A stretch of DNA of 64,000 nucleotides from Stegostoma tigrinum (GCF_030684315.1 NC_081394.1:5488163-5552162); one strand, 5' to 3'. Positions 49,501-64,000 are shown, numbered from the stretch's first letter. Notes: generated by a model from the sequence alone, not told the origin. Made by a program: numbers and translations.

Positions 49501-52500
49501 CAGGGATTGAATCAGGAAACAAAGAGATTGTATAGCCCAGTTGTAACTCAAGAGCCTCCTCAGTAATCCTACCTCCCAGATTGCTTTGGTCTCTGTCCCT
49601 GGATATATACCCTGTCTGACTGGTGAGGGTAGAGGGGTGGGAGGGTTCTTGGTAGGGGTTGGGGTTGGTGGCGGAGCCCACCAGAGGTTTGGGGATGGTG
49701 ATATCCAGGCAGGAGGGAGTGGCCCCAAGATCTCCGCATTGAAGACAGTGGAGCATAATATTAGGGAGAGGTAATTGCCTCATGATATTATCACTAGAGT
49801 ATTAATGCAGAAACTCAGCTAATGATTTGAATGTCACGGCAGATGGTGAAATTTGAATTCATTTTTACCAAAATCTGGAATTAAGAATCTATTGATGAGC
49901 ATGAAATCCTTGTTAATTATTGGGAAAGACCTATCTGGATCACTAATGTTCTTCAGAAAAAGGACATCTGCCATCCTCACCCATTCTGGCCGACATGTGA
50001 CTCCAGACCCACAGCAATGCAGCTGACTCTCAGTTGTCTCCTGAAATGTCCGAGCAAGCCCCATTCAGCTGTACCAATCGCTACAAAGTCTCAAAGAAAT
50101 GAAACCAGGTAGATAACCCAGCACCAATCTAGGCACCAGAAAAGACAACAGCAGAAACAGTCCTGTCGACCCTGCAAACTTCCCCTCACTAACATCTGGG
50201 GTCTACTGGGAGAGCCGTCTCACAGAGACTAGTCAAGCAACAGCCTGACACAGTCACACCCACGGAATCATACCTTACAATGTCCCAGGCATTGGTACCA
50301 TCACCGTCCCTGAGTATACCCTGTCCGACTGGCAGGTCAGGCTCAGCAGGGGTAATAGCACAGTGGTATACACAGTCAGGAGGGAGTTGCCCTGTGAGTC
50401 CTCACCATTGACTCTGGACCCATGAAGTCTCATGGCTTCAGGTTAAACATGGGTAAGGAAACTTTCTTGTTGATCACCACAGTACCATCCACCCTCAGCT
50501 GATGAATGGGTGCTCCTCCATGTTGAAAACAATTGGAGGAATCAAGGATGACAAGGCACAAAACATACTGGAGGAGGTAATGGCCGAGTGGTATTATCAC
50601 TGGACTGATAATCCAGAAACCTAGATAATGTTCTGGGGGCCCTTGTTCGAATTTCACCATGACAGATGGTGGAATTTGGAATTTGAATCCAATAAAATAT
50701 CTGGAACTAAGGATCTAATGATGACCGTGAATCCGTTCTCAATTGTCGGAAAAACCCATCTGGTTCATCAATATCCTTTGGGGAAGGAAACTGCCATCCT
50801 TACCTTGTCTGGCCTACATGTGACCCCAGACCCACAGCAATGTGGTTGACTCTGAACTGCCCTCTGCATAATTTGGGATTGGTAATAAATGCTGTTTAGC
50901 CAGTGGTGCCCTCATCCTGTGAATGTATTTAAAACAACTCTGGGTGCGAGATTTCAATGTCCACCACCAAGAGTGGCTCGGCAGCAGGACTACTGATCGA
51001 ACTGTTTGGATCTTAAGGGACGTAGCTGCTAGACTGGGTCTGCGGCAGGTGGTGTGGGAAAAACAACCTTGACCTCACCCACATTGTAAATAATCTCCAT
51101 TGTGCTACATGGTACAGTCTTCAAACAGATCTAGCATTCATGAGGCACTGTGGGCCATCAACAACAGCAGAATTGTACTCCAATACCATTTGTAACTTCA
51201 CAACATAGCATATTGCAGTCAACCATCAATCAGGGAATCAACCCTGGTTCAATGGAGAGTGCAGGACGGATTGCCAGGAGTATCGCCAGGCATACTTGAG
51301 ATTGAGATGTAAACCTGGTAAAGTCACCAAACAGGAGTAGTTGCATGCCAAACAGTATAAGCAGCAAGTGATAGTCAGAGCTGAATGGTCCCATAACTGA
51401 TGGATTAGATCTAAGCTGCAGTCCTGCTACGTCCAGTTATGAATTGAGACTCCACAAATATTCCCATTCTCAATGATGGAAGAGCCCAGCATATCAGTGC
51501 AAAAGATAAGGCTGAAATATTTGCAGCAATCTTCAGTCAGAAGTGCTGAGTGAATGATCCGTCACTGTTTCCTCTAGTGGTCCCAGCATTATAGACACCA
51601 GTCTTCACCCAATTTGATTCACTCTTGTAATATGAAGAAAGAGTTGGAGACTGTGGACACTACAAAGGCTACAGGTCCTGACAACATTCTGGCAATGGTA
51701 CTGAAGACTTGTGCTCCAGAACTTGCCGGTCCCCTAGCCAAACTGTTCAGTGTAGTTACAACACTGGCGTCTACTCGACAATGTGGAAAGTTGCCCAGGT
51801 ATGTCCTGTACATAAAAAGCAGGACAAATCCAACCCAGTCAGTTACCACTACATCAGTCTACTCTTGATCATCAACAGTGTTATCAAGCAGCACCTGCTC
51901 AGCAATAACCTGCTCAGTATTACCCAGTGTATCCTGGATGGTGTCAAGCTTCTTGCGTGTTGAGGCAGCACTCATCCAGACAAGTTGGGAGCATTCCATC
52001 ACAGTCAGCTCCTGACCTCATTGCAGCCTTGGTTCAAACATGGACAAACGAGCTGAATTCCAGGAACGAGATGAGAGTGACAGCCCTTGACATCGAGGCT
52101 GCATTCAACCGAGTTTGGCATCAAGGACCCTTAGCAAAACTGGAAGCAGTGGGTATCAGGGGCAAACTCTCCAGTCTTTAGGATCATGTCTGACACAGAG
52201 GAGGATGGTCGTGGTTGTTGGAGGCCTATAATCTCAGCTCCAGGACATCTCTGCAGGAGTTCCTCAGGGTAGAGTCCTCAGCCCAACCATCTTCAGCTGC
52301 TTCCTCAATGACCTTCCTCCCATCAAAAGTGGGGATGTTCACCGATGATTGTTCAATGATCAGCACCATTCATAAGTTCTCAGATACTGAAGTAGTCCGT
52401 CTTCAAATGCAAAACAATTTGGACAATATCCAGGCTTGGGCTGACAAATGGCAATTAACATTTGCAGCATACAGACGTCAGGCTATGATCATCACCAGTA

Positions 52501-54658
52501 AAAGACAATCGAACCACCCCACCGTGGCATTCAATAGTGTTACTATCACTGATTCTCCAACTGCCAACATCTTGGTGTTAGCACTGTCCAGAATTCAACT
52601 AGACTCACCTCTTAAACACTGGATACAAGAGCAGGTCAAAGGCTAGGAATACGGTGACCAGTAACTCACCTCCTGCCTCCCCAAAGTCTGTCCACGATCT
52701 ACAAGGCACAAGTCAGGAGTATGATGTAATACTCCCCACTTGCCTGGATGAGTGCAACAACACTGAGGAAGCTTGACACCACCCAGGACAAAGCAGCCTG
52801 CTTGACTGGCACAACACCCTTAAGCATTCTCTCTTCCACCGCCGACACTCAGTATCAGCAATGTTTACTATCGACGAGATGCACTGAAGATCCTCAGACA
52901 GCATTTTCCAAACCCACGACTACTTCCATCTCGAAGGACAAGGCCAGCAGATATATGGGAACACCACCATCTTCAAGTTCTTCACCAAGCCATTCTCTAT
53001 GCTGACATACAAATATAATGCTGTTCCTTCACTGTTGCTGGGTCAAAATCCTGGAATTCCCTCCCTAAGGGCATTGTGGGTCGACTCACAGCAGGTGGAC
53101 TGCGGCGCACCAAAAATGCTGCTCACCACCAGCTTGTCAAGGGGCAGCTAGGGACAGGCATTTATATGCTGGGCCCAGACAGCGACACCCTCATCCTACA
53201 AATGAGAAAAAAGAAATTGACCTGGGTATCAATGGTATTTCCATCTAATCCCAAGACTTTCCCATTTAGGAAATGGTTTCTGTTTCTTCCTTTGGGTTTA
53301 ATTGAAGGTAAACTGCTGCTGGTCAGTGTCCAGTTCTCTATTGGAAAGCATGTTGTTACCAAGTTGTGTAGAGTACTCAGCTGGAATGTGTTTGTAAAAT
53401 AATGAGCAGGCAAAAGCAGTGCACAGCCCCTTTAAGAGATTGTGCTTTGTCTGGTCTTGGAAGTTTGCAAGTACTGTACAGAGAGCCCCAAAATTGAAAC
53501 AAGTGTGTCAAAAGGCTTTACACTTGGCAGGCAAAACAGCAGTTTTGTCTTGCTGTTGAGATAACTAATTTAAATTTAGCCAATTAATTCAAACCAAGCG
53601 CCTAGATACAGAAAACCAACTGAATTTAAAATTGATGGTTTAGACAACCTGCACCATTTTATAAAAAAAAATGTTATTGAAATGTATGTAACACAAGGGT
53701 TTTTGAAAATAAGGGAGAGAGCCATTTGTCATTTGGAGCGAAAGCGAATCCACCATATAGAGAAATAAACCTTGCTTTCTCACAAAATTGTTAAGCTCTC
53801 TTAAAAAGCCCCAGCAATGATGCCACAGCATTTTAGCTCAAAATCCTCACTGTAGGGGTTACACAGAAAATGCCCCTGACAGCAGAATCAGCAGAACAGT
53901 GTTTGTGAAATAATGGAGAAGGCAGAGCGCTGCAGAAGACAGTCTCTCCAAGTTAGCACAGACTAAGTTTTAATTTATTGTTGTCTTATTAATTGGGCTC
54001 ATACCCAACCTCATGCTATAGAGAATTGCGCTTGTAGAAAACTGCACTGTAGACGATTGCTATTTTTGAAAAAAAAATCGCTTTATCTGTACAACAGAAA
54101 ACTCGTGTTAGCCAAACAGCATTCACGAATTTCTCAAGTGCATTATAGCCAATTCGCATTGACAAAACATGTTTAACAGCAGAACTACCTGTACTCGTTA
54201 CTCACATAGAGTGGAGATCAGAGATTTTCTTTTCTTTAACCAATCTTTTCATAGATACAAGGGTGAGGCGAACTTCTGAGTGTTTCAAGTTTAGTTAGTA
54301 GAAGAGGACATCTACTCCCGCTGTAACAGATTAGGCGCTTGTGTGGGTGTGTGTGTGTGTGAGAGAGAGAGAGCGCGAGAGAGAGATTATTGGTATCTAA
54401 CCTCCCACATCTGTCAAGGACTAGAATTAGCTCGGGATCTCTTTGTACTGGGGCTGGTTCTGAAACACTAGCTGATCAAGATCTCTGCTGTTAATTTTGT
54501 TCATGTGTTCCAGTCTGCTCATGTCTTCATTACTGTCTCCAGATCCTGGACTTTCTACTGGAGCAAGTGCTGGATTGCAAATCGGGATTCTTGCTGCTGT
54601 TGTTTTTGCTGTTGTTGGAATTGTCTTTTGCATCATCCGCCAGCGCAAAAGATGGTGA
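43531..54658 (+). CDS. Gene A': mirror copy (exons 43531-43591, 45501-45845, 49057-49125, 54543-54654); frames intact but no exon 1 or promoter upstream in this orientation
   Basis: Exons and splice sites match gene A except S>G, K>T and Y>C in the IgV. The upstream G-rich intron tract abuts CR1 sequence at ~42675, and no in-frame ATG was seen. Confidence 0.75.
45501..45845 (+). CDS. Gene A' IgV exon
   Basis: Within ORF 45473-45877. Acceptor ccttttccag ends at 45500; donor gtgaga starts at 45846. Confidence 0.93.
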
Positions 54659-56708
54659 GTTCTGGAATGTTTCACAATTTCCATTGTTACTGTTTTCTCT
54701 TTGTATAACATTGTGTGAAATGTTACTGAGTTCTGTCCCTGTCCATTCTCTGAGCTGTGAGGATGCTTCGATCCACCTCGTCATTGAGCAGCATCTTCCA
54801 GTCACTTCCAGCTTGTCATCCTCTCACTGCTGCATAGTCCCTGTGGATTAAAAAGGAGCAAATATCATCCTACTGGAAGGTAGCTGTGTCCTACAGACCC
54901 CCTAAAAGTCTGAGAGAAATAGAAGAGCAGTTTTCTCGGCAAATTTCAGGGAGATGTAGGAGTAATAGGGTAGTGATCATGGTGAATTTTAACATCAACA
55001 ATGTTAACTGGTGTAATCATAGTGTGAAGGGTTAGAGTATGTGAACTTCTTGCAGTGCATCCACGACACTGTTAGCAAACCCTCCAAGACACAGGGTCCT
55101 TGGCTTAATTTTACATCATCAAGCTAAGCAAGTGATTGAAGTTTCAGTTGCGAAACATTTTGTTGACTGCAATCATAACTTAATCAGATTCAAGATTCAA
55201 ATGAAAAAGAGAATCATAGAATCCCGATAGTGTGGAACCAGGCTACTTGGCCCATCAAGCCCACAGTGACCTTCCGAAGAGCATTTCCCTGAGACTTACC
55301 CTAAACCCCGTCACTTCACTTACTAGGCATTATGGGGCAATTCAGCACGGCCAATCCACCTAACCCGCACATCTTTGGACTGTGGGAGGAAACTAGAACA
55401 CCCGGAGGAAACATACGCAGACACTGGGAGAGTGTGCAAACTCCACACAGACAGTCGCCCGAGACTGGAATCGAATCCAGGTCCCTGGTGCATGGTGGAT
55501 CAGTGGTTAGCGCTGCTGCCTACAACAGGGGCCTGGGTTCGATTCCAGTCTCGAGTGACTGTCTGTGCGAATGCGAATTCGAACTCTCTCCTTGTTTCTG
55601 CATTGATTTCTCTGGGTATTCCAGTTTCCTTCCACAGTCCAAAGATGTGCAGGGTAGGTGGCTATATTAAATTGCCCATAGCGTTCAGAAATGTGTACAT
55701 TAGATGGGTTATGGGGGATGGGTCTGGGTGGGATGTCTGAGGGTCAGTGTGGACTTGTTGGGCTGGTGGCCTGTTTCCACACTGTAGGGATTCAATCATT
55801 ACATGATCTATGGAAAGGGTGGGCTTGTAATCAGAATTAGAACCGATGAAGGCCAATTTTCATGAGGTGAGATATGACCTGGCCAGAGGGGACTGGGGGT
55901 AGATACTTTTGGTTAAATCTAAGTCCAAAATCTGTTTCTATGTTTAAGAACAGTAGGATGCATTTAAGAAGGAAAAGAGGGAGAGGACAGGGCCAACATG
56001 TTCCAATAAAGGTAAAGGGTGGGATCAACAAATCCGGCAAACTCTGGTGATGTACAGGATTAGATAAAGAGAACGAGGGAGACTAATGCCAGATACTGAG
56101 GAGTCAAACAAGTTGAAGTCCTACAGGAGTACAGCGTGTGCAAGAGAAACTTAACAAGCAAATTAGGATAGTCAAACGGGGGCGTGGAAGTATAATGGCA
56201 GGTTAAATAAAGGCAACTCCAAAGTTACTTTAGAAGTATATCAAGGATCAGGGGATAACTAGGCATAGAGTCAAAGTAAACTGATTGCACATCACATCAT
56301 CTCCCGGATCCTGAAACCCTGACACAATACTCCCTCGTCTCCGTGTGTGTTGCATCAAAGTGTTGACAAGTTCAGCTTCCTATTTATACCCGAGTTTAGT
56401 TTCTCGCCCAGTATCAATCACCGGCACTGTGTACTTTCAACTCTGTCTGTTTCTACGTGGATCCATGGCAGGAGAGGGACTGATACTCTCCCTCCAAAGT
56501 GAGTCAATCTGAAAACGAACCACAAAAATTGTTTAAAATCCTGCAAAATTCATAAACTCGGTAACAACGCACGTAATTTCAGGGAATATGGAAGCTTAAG
56601 ATTGTGCACTTTGATTTCGAGACTATTTCCTGTTATAGAGCCAAACAGTTTTAAAGTAACTGGAAAAAAAAACTCATTGTGTCCAAATGAGTTATCAAGC
56701 ATTTTTAA

Positions 56709-58478
56709 GCACAGGAATCAGACTCCGGGTTTATCTGTCTGAACCCCGTTTAATACAGGATCAGGACTCTTGGCTTATCTGTTTGAACCCTGATCAATAC
56801 AGGATCCAGACTCTGGGTTTATCTGTCTGAACCCTGTTTACTACATGAACCACACTCTGGGTTTATCTGCTGAACCCCCTTTAATACAGGAACCAAACTC
56901 TGGATTTATCTGCCTGAACCCCCCACCGTAATACAGGAACCAGACTCTGGGTTTTTCTGTCTGAACCCCATTTAATACAGGAACCAGACTCTGGGTTTAT
57001 CTGTCTGAACCCTGTTTACTACATGAACCAGACTCTGGGTTTATCTGTCTGAACCCCCTGTAATACAGGAACCAGACTCTGGGTTTATCTGTCTGAAACC
57101 CCCTGTAATACACGAACCAGAGGTTGGGTTTATCTGCCTGAACCCCCTGTAATTCAGGAACCAGACTCTTGGTTTATCTGTCTGAACCCCCTGTAATACA
57201 GGAACCAGACTCTGGGTTTATCTGACTGAACCCCCTTTAATACAGGAACCAGACTCTGGGTTTAACTGCCTGAACCCCGTTTAATACAGGAACCAGACGC
57301 TTGGTTTATCTGCCTGAACCCCCTTTAATACAGGAACCAGACTCTGGGTTTATCTGTCTGAACGCCCCCTGTAATACATGAACCAGAGGTTGGGTTTATC
57401 TGCCTGAATCCCGTGTCATTCAGGAACCGGACTCTGGGTTCATCTGCCTGAAACCCCTTTAATACAGGAACCAGACTCTGGGTTTATCTGCCTGAACCCC
57501 CCTTTAATACAGGAACCAGACTCTGGGTTCATCTGCCTGAAACCCCTTTAATACAGGAACCAGACTCTGGGTTTATCTGTCTGAACCCTGTTTACTACAT
57601 GAACCAGACTCTGGGTTTATCTGCCTGAACCCCCTGTAATACAGGAACCAGACTCTGGGTTTATCTGTCTGAAACCCCCTGTAATACACGAACCAGAGGT
57701 TGGGTTTATCTGCCTGAACCCCCTGTAATTCAGGAACCAGACTCTGGGTTTATCTGTCTGAACCTCCCTGTAATACACGAACCAGATTCTGGGTTGATCT
57801 GTCTGAACACCCCTGTAATACAGGAACCAGACTCTGGGTTTATCTGTCTGAAACCCCCTTTAATACAGGAACCAGACTCTGGGTTTATCTGTCTGAACCC
57901 TGTTTACTACATGAACCAGACTCTGGGTTTATCTGTCTGAACCCCCTTTAATACAGGAACCAGACTCTGGGTTTATCTGCCTGAACCCCCTTTAATACAG
58001 GAACCAGACTCTGGGTTTATCTGTCTCAACCCTGTTTACTACATGTACCAGACTCTGGGTTTATCTGTCTGAACGCCCCCTGTAATACATGAACCAGAGG
58101 TTGGGTTTATCTGCCTGAACCCCGTGTAATTCAGGAACCAGACTCTGGGTTCATCTGCCTGAAACCCCTTTAATACAGGAACCAGACTCTGGGTTTATCT
58201 GCCTGAACCCCCTTTAATACAAGAACCAGACTCTGGGTTTATCTGTCTGAACCCCCTTTAATACAGGAACCAGACTCTGGGTTTATCTGTCTGAACCCCC
58301 TTTAATACTGAACCAGACTCTGGGTTTATCTGTCTGAACCCCCTTTAATACAGGAACCAGACTCTGGGTTTATCTGTCTGAACCCCCTTTAATACAGGAA
58401 CCAGACTCTGGGTTTATCTGTCTGAACCCCCTTTAATACAGGAACCAGACTCTGGGTTTATCTGTCTGAACCCCCTTT
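56709..58478 (-). repeat. Mirror copy of the 44-bp minisatellite (~40 units)
   Basis: Reverse complement of the same unit; ~139 bp longer than the left copy. Confidence 0.95.
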
Positions 58479-61400
58479 CATCCATGCTGGGATGATAGTC
58501 TGGGCAGTGCTGGCATCAAATCACAATTGGACCTGTCTAGGAGTGTGCAGAATGGAGTCACCAAGACTGGGGATTGTGCTCTGGGGCCTGGGATGGTTAA
58601 AGTCTGGATCTTGTGGGGTGCAGGAGCAAGGACTAACAGGTTAGTGGTGGAGGGAGGTGAGGGCACACATTGCCTTGGCCCCTTTCTGACCATCAGGTGC
58701 TGCCTCAATCCGTACTCAGATTGTCACTGTTCCCCGACCGGTCCAAATTCACCCTGAATCCTCAGTGACTCTCCTGCAGTCGTTACTATCTTTGTCTTTC
58801 AGGCACAATTTTCCACTTCCCTCCCAACTTCAAAATTCTCTCAGAGAATGTGAGGTGAAGAGGGAAGTTGACAGTATCCAGCTGTGTTCTCCCAGCATGT
58901 GTCCAAATGGGAAACATGTGATTCGAAGTGTGGTCCGTCTGTTCAGTGCTGACAAATATCTGGCACAAGCTGCTTTTGGGTGGGATTCCTGAATCTCTGA
59001 GCTTTAACCCTTCCGCAGAAATGAAAGCAGTGAGTTACTGATCAGAGCTTCTTGTAAATCCAGCATCGCAGCGTAACCATGAGAAGCTTGGCATGTAAAG
59101 TACCAGCAGGGAGTTTTTCAAGTCAAGCTCTCCGTCGCAGGTGAAGGTCTCTACTTCAGCTATTGTTTTATCTCTGACTTGAGATGGTCCATTCATTGTT
59201 AGTTGAGCAGTCCACAGTGTTTGAACATTTCTGCAGTTTGTTTTCTTTAGAGCGAGCTCCCACACCTCGACCAAAGACATCTGTACCAGGTCAATCTGTT
59301 TCTAAACTTCTGCATGGGTTTTCAGCTCTTAGATTTGATCATGCTGGATAGACAGGAATATTGGAAGATTTGATAAGCTGTGTGATATTTTACCAAAGAA
59401 TGACTCTGCGCGAGTGAGTCGTGTGGGTCACTGTTACCTGGAACCGATCCTTAAACTCCCTGGAATTGTTATTTCTGTTTCTGAGACTCACCTTCCTGTC
59501 CTGCAGATACAGGACTCTAAGGATTCCTGATTCCCACTAGCAATAGCGTGTCTGGAATTCCGCGTGGAGAATATTGCTACAATTTTACCAGTACCCTCCT
59601 GTTGGGAAGCTGACTGGGAGTGATGCTGGTTGAAGTTAGCGGAGAGTAATATTGAACTAGGTGTAACCTGCCCTTCCACACAGTCCCAGCAAGAAAGTGA
59701 ATTTTCTCATTGTGTTGAGATTTACTTGGTTCCATTTGGCTCTGTGCTGTTTATAATTTTTTTGAAAGAAAGACAGGGGACAGGGAATTGTCATTGTGAA
59801 CACTGCAGACGTGAGCTTTAACCTTCTCACGGAAATGTTAAGCAGAGTGTTATGGATCAGAGTTTCTTCAAGATCCATAGCTGTGAATTTTAAAGTCTGA
59901 TTATCAAATAAAAATCTACAGATCGGCAGTTGTTATCAATAAAACTGCCCATGATCACTGGACTGTTAATCCAAAGACCCAGATAATGTTCTGGTGCCCC
60001 AAGTTCGAATCCCACCATGTCAGACGGTGGAATTTGAATTCAATAAAATATCTGGATTTAAGAATCTAATGATGACCTGAAAGTGAATAATATGGTGAGT
60101 TCCAGAATGTTCCGCAGATTCAATCGTAACCTATTTATATCTTTGTATAACATTGCGTGAAATGTCGCTGAGCACTGTCACTGTCCATTCACTGAGCTGT
60201 GAGGACACTTCAATCCAGCCTGTCATTGAGCAGCATCATCCAGTCACTTCCAGCTTGTCATCCTCTCGCTTCTGAACAGTCCCCATGGATTGGAAAGGAG
60301 CAAATATTATCCCACTGGAAAACCAGAGGATGGGGCATATGTTGGGAATGACAGAAGGAATTTGAGAAGATGCCACACAATAGGTTGTTCGACAAGATGA
60401 GGTCTCAAGGGGGAATGGGGGTAATACAGCATGGATTGAGGATTAGTTGCGAGAGAGCAAAATCTTCTGGGGAACGGGTCTGTCCAGCACTGACTGAGCC
60501 TGACTCAGAGAGCAGGAAATCACCCCTGTATTGTTGGGATCAAGTGATTCCTGGTGGAAAGTCTGAGCTCAGGATTGGGATCAACAATCACTTCCCAAAT
60601 TCCGCAAGCCCTTTGGGGCAGCACAATTTCAGGAGGAAAATTCCCAGTGAAAATATCATCCTATTCCTGGATAAAGTATTTCATTCTGTGTATTATGTCA
60701 CGATGACACTCACAGACTGTGTCCAAACTCAATCATCGGGCTCACTTTTAGCATTGATCCTTCCCTCAGAGACTTTTCCAAGAAAATTTCCAAAATCTCC
60801 TGTTGTACTGTTTGCTCCAGGGTTTGATTAAAGTAAATCTGTTGCTGCTGTGAATTTTTTAACATTGGAAATGTTTGTATTTTTAACCTGGGTGTTTGTC
60901 CTAATTTACAGATATGTCTTGTTAATTTAAATGTGACTTTTGTATATGAAGTATCTACCCCAATGGTGATTGATCATAATTTTCAATGGAAGGATAGAAC
61001 TTTGTAAATATTTTATATCTGGATACATCTGTATTTCTGCCCTGGATATTTTGTTACTTTTCTGCCTGTAGTTTTTGCTCTGAGCTGTGATTAAAGAGAA
61101 GCTGCTGCTGATATTAGTGGGTCTACAGTCTGACGTTTAATGACTCTGCTGGTAACTGCATGTACAGAGGGGCTAAAATTGTTTCAGAGATAGTAGGAAC
61201 TGCAGATGCTGGAGAATATGAGATAACAAGGTGTAGAGCTGGATGAACACAGCAGGCCAAACAGCGTTAGAGGAACAGGAAGGCTGACATTTCAGGCCTA
61301 GAGCCTTGAAGAAGGGTTTCGGCCCGAAACGTCTGCGTTCCTGCTCCTCTGATGCTGCTCGGCCTGGTTTGCACAGAGGGGCTGCTGTCTACAGGCAGTA

Positions 61401-64000
61401 AGTCCCTGATATGACTTGGAGTGAATCAGGTTGGCTGAAGCCAGGGATCAGCGATTGTGGGAATCTCAGGTGGGAGGCTGGGAATGGTCATCCAGTCTAT
61501 GTTCCTGGTGGTTGGGAGCAGAGGTGTGGGGAGCTGGGGAATGTGGGAGAGTCAACTCCTTGAAATATAACTTTTAAGTAATGTCTTTTCCTGCATAAAA
61601 TTAATTTCATTTTACCCCAAACACCACACATTCCTAGTTACTGCCAGTTTCCCTCCAGTCTCCAACACCGTCTCTCTCAGTCTGGCTGAGCTTATTCTGA
61701 TATTAAACAACATCTCATTTCACTCACTTGCTCCAAAGCAAAGGTGTGGACTGTGAGTCTTGGACAGAAACACTTCCTGACTCCTGACAAAAGGTTTCGG
61801 CCTAAAGCGTTGTCTTCCCTGCTCTTCAGATGCTGTCTGACCTGCTGTGCTTTACCAGCTCCATATTTATTGACTCTAGCTTTCAGCATCTGCAATCCCT
61901 TGCTGTCTCCAAGTGTCAGCTTATGGGAACAGGAAGAAGAGGAGAATTTATTGTTTGGACCGAGTGAGGAGTTGTTGTGATCTGCTGCCTCAGAAACAAC
62001 AGATTTAACAGGAACTGAAATACTGGAAGCTGATGGTACTGGTATATTTGGAATATTATGAACAGTTCTGGTCACGACACTGCCAGAAGGACAGGCTGGC
62101 TTTGGAGAGGGTACAGAAACAATTTACCAGGATGTTGCTTGGTTTGGAGTGTATTAGCTATGAGAGGAGATCCGCCAAACTTGGTTTGTTTTCACTTGAA
62201 TGTCAAAGGATGAGGGGCAACCTGACAGAAATTTACAAAATTGTGAGATTCGTGGATAAACAGCAGAGTTGGAGTCTTCGCACCGAGGTATAAAAGTCAA
62301 TTATTAGGTGGTATAGGTTTAAGGTAAAAAAGGGATAATTTTAAAGGAGATGTGAGAGGCAGGTTTTTTACACAGTGGGTAGTAAGTGCCTGGAACTTGC
62401 TGCCAGAGGAGATGGTGGAGGCTGGTACAAAAGCAACATTTAAGAGCCATCTTGACAGATGTATGAATAGGCAGAGAATGGTTACGGACGCTGTAGCGGT
62501 AAAAGACTATTAGCTTAGAAAGGCGCCATATGTCAGCACAAACTCGATGGGTCGAAGGGCCTGTTCCTGCGCTGTCGTGTTCTGTTCCTTTTGTCTTGGG
62601 GATTTCATTGTTGTTCTGATCTGGGACTCACTTGTCTGAAAAGGAAGCTGTTTCATCAATTCTGACATTACTCAATGACTCTGTGTACCAGGAGATTAAA
62701 ATCCATATATTAGAACTTGTCTACAGATTTTACAACCTTGAACAATCTTTGAAGAAGGACTCACCTGTTCTCCTGCGATCTGTAATTTTCCACTTGGGAT
62801 GGCAGGGCAATGTGGGAGAAACTGTTGGTTAGCATTGAAACTGAAGCCAAATCGTGCAGAAAAGGAACATTCCACATTTGTACAGTGTAGGTCCTGTCCT
62901 GACCAACAAGGAAGTAATTATCGAAGTCGTGGTGCTAAGATTTCATCATCAGCTCCATGAAAATGAATGTTTTGTCCTCAAGTCTCTGCTGAACAGTGTC
63001 GGTAGGATCATTTGTGTCCGGCAACAGGGCAGATGGAGTCTCCTGTTAAAGGCGACTGAAAATAAAGGATCTTTTCTAGCCTGAAATTTTCTCACTGTGC
63101 AACAAGACTTCACTCTTAAGCTCTGATTGTTTGTGTCGATTTGATCAGATTGGAAGACTGAGGTAAAGCAGTGAAACTGAACGGAAGAGTGAGTAACTAA
63201 AGCAGTGAAACTGAAAGGAAGAGTGAGTAACTAAAACTTCTTTAAGAAAAGGACGTGGAAATCTGGATCTCTGTCCCTCAAAAAGCAGTCAAAGCTTGGA
63301 GAGGTTAACTGAGACTCTGAATCTGAGATTGACAGATTTTTATTTTGAGTGAAGGGATTCGGAGATGTGGAACCCAGGAGAGGTTCATTCATTTACAGGA
63401 TATGGCTGTTGCTGGCTGGGTCAGCAGTTATTGCTGCTTCCCTGATTGAGAAAGTGATTGCTGCAGTTCATGGACTGTAGGGAGACTCATGTTGCCTCGT
63501 TTGATGTATCGATCAGTCCACTTCCAGGGTGAGTGGAAGAACAGGCTGGAGAATTACAAAATAATGATTTTTATTTTATTCACAAGGTATAGGCACTGCT
63601 GATGAGACCAGCATTTGTTGCCGGTCCCTTGTTGCCCTTGAGCAGGTGTCGGTGTTGAACGGCCTTCTTGAACCGCTGCAGTCCACGTGCTGTAGGTGCA
63701 TGTGGTACTGTTGGGGTGGGAGTTCCAGGGCATTGACTCAGCAACACTGAAGGAATGGTGATATGAGTCAGGATGGTGAGTGACTTGAAAGGGCACTTGC
63801 TGGGGGTGCGTGTTCTCCTGTATCTGCTATCCTTGTGCCTCTGGTTGTTGGAAGCCTCAAGTTTGGAAGGGGTGGCCTCAGGAGTCTGGTTGAGTTACTG
63901 CAATGTACCTTATAGATAGTACACACTGCTGCTACTGTGCATCACAAGTGTTGGGAGCACATTTTGAAGGTCTGAAAGTGGACTGTTTTGCCTTATAGGG

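Larger units (their letters stand above)
42678..64000. repeat. Right arm of giant inverted duplication (runs off window end)
   Basis: Mirror of the left arm with scattered SNPs, four large deletions and minisatellite copy-number differences. Starts abruptly after a truncated CR1 3' end at ~42675. Confidence 0.97.

Overview
Vertebrate genomic DNA, almost certainly from a shark: it carries HE1-type V-SINEs, CR1 and L2 LINEs, Penelope-type ends and Gmr1-like Gypsy relics. The window is dominated by a giant inverted duplication. The left arm is ~12615-37330, the right arm is ~42678 to beyond 64000, the arms are about 98-99.8% identical by eye, and a ~5.3-kb unique spacer separates them. Each arm carries an outward-pointing copy of a B7/butyrophilin-type single-IgV membrane-protein gene (leader, IgV, stalk and TM exons); the two IgV exons differ at 3 residues. 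Only one promoter plus ATG exon is evident (37511-37645, with a textbook CDE/CHR, CCAAT and ETS set). It lies in the spacer, which is bracketed by two inverted ~0.8-1 kb G-rich, RGYW-dense tracts forming intron 1. Inverting the spacer would hand the promoter and exon 1 to the other copy, making this a candidate flip-flop expression switch (inference, untested). Two more degenerate paralogous gene units lie on the minus strand (1056-8073 and 17390-19264). Other features: a second promoter with NF-kB sites whose two arm copies carry complementary lesions, four large deletions confined to the right arm, and three minisatellites. All coordinates and mismatch counts were read by eye; no database searches were run.
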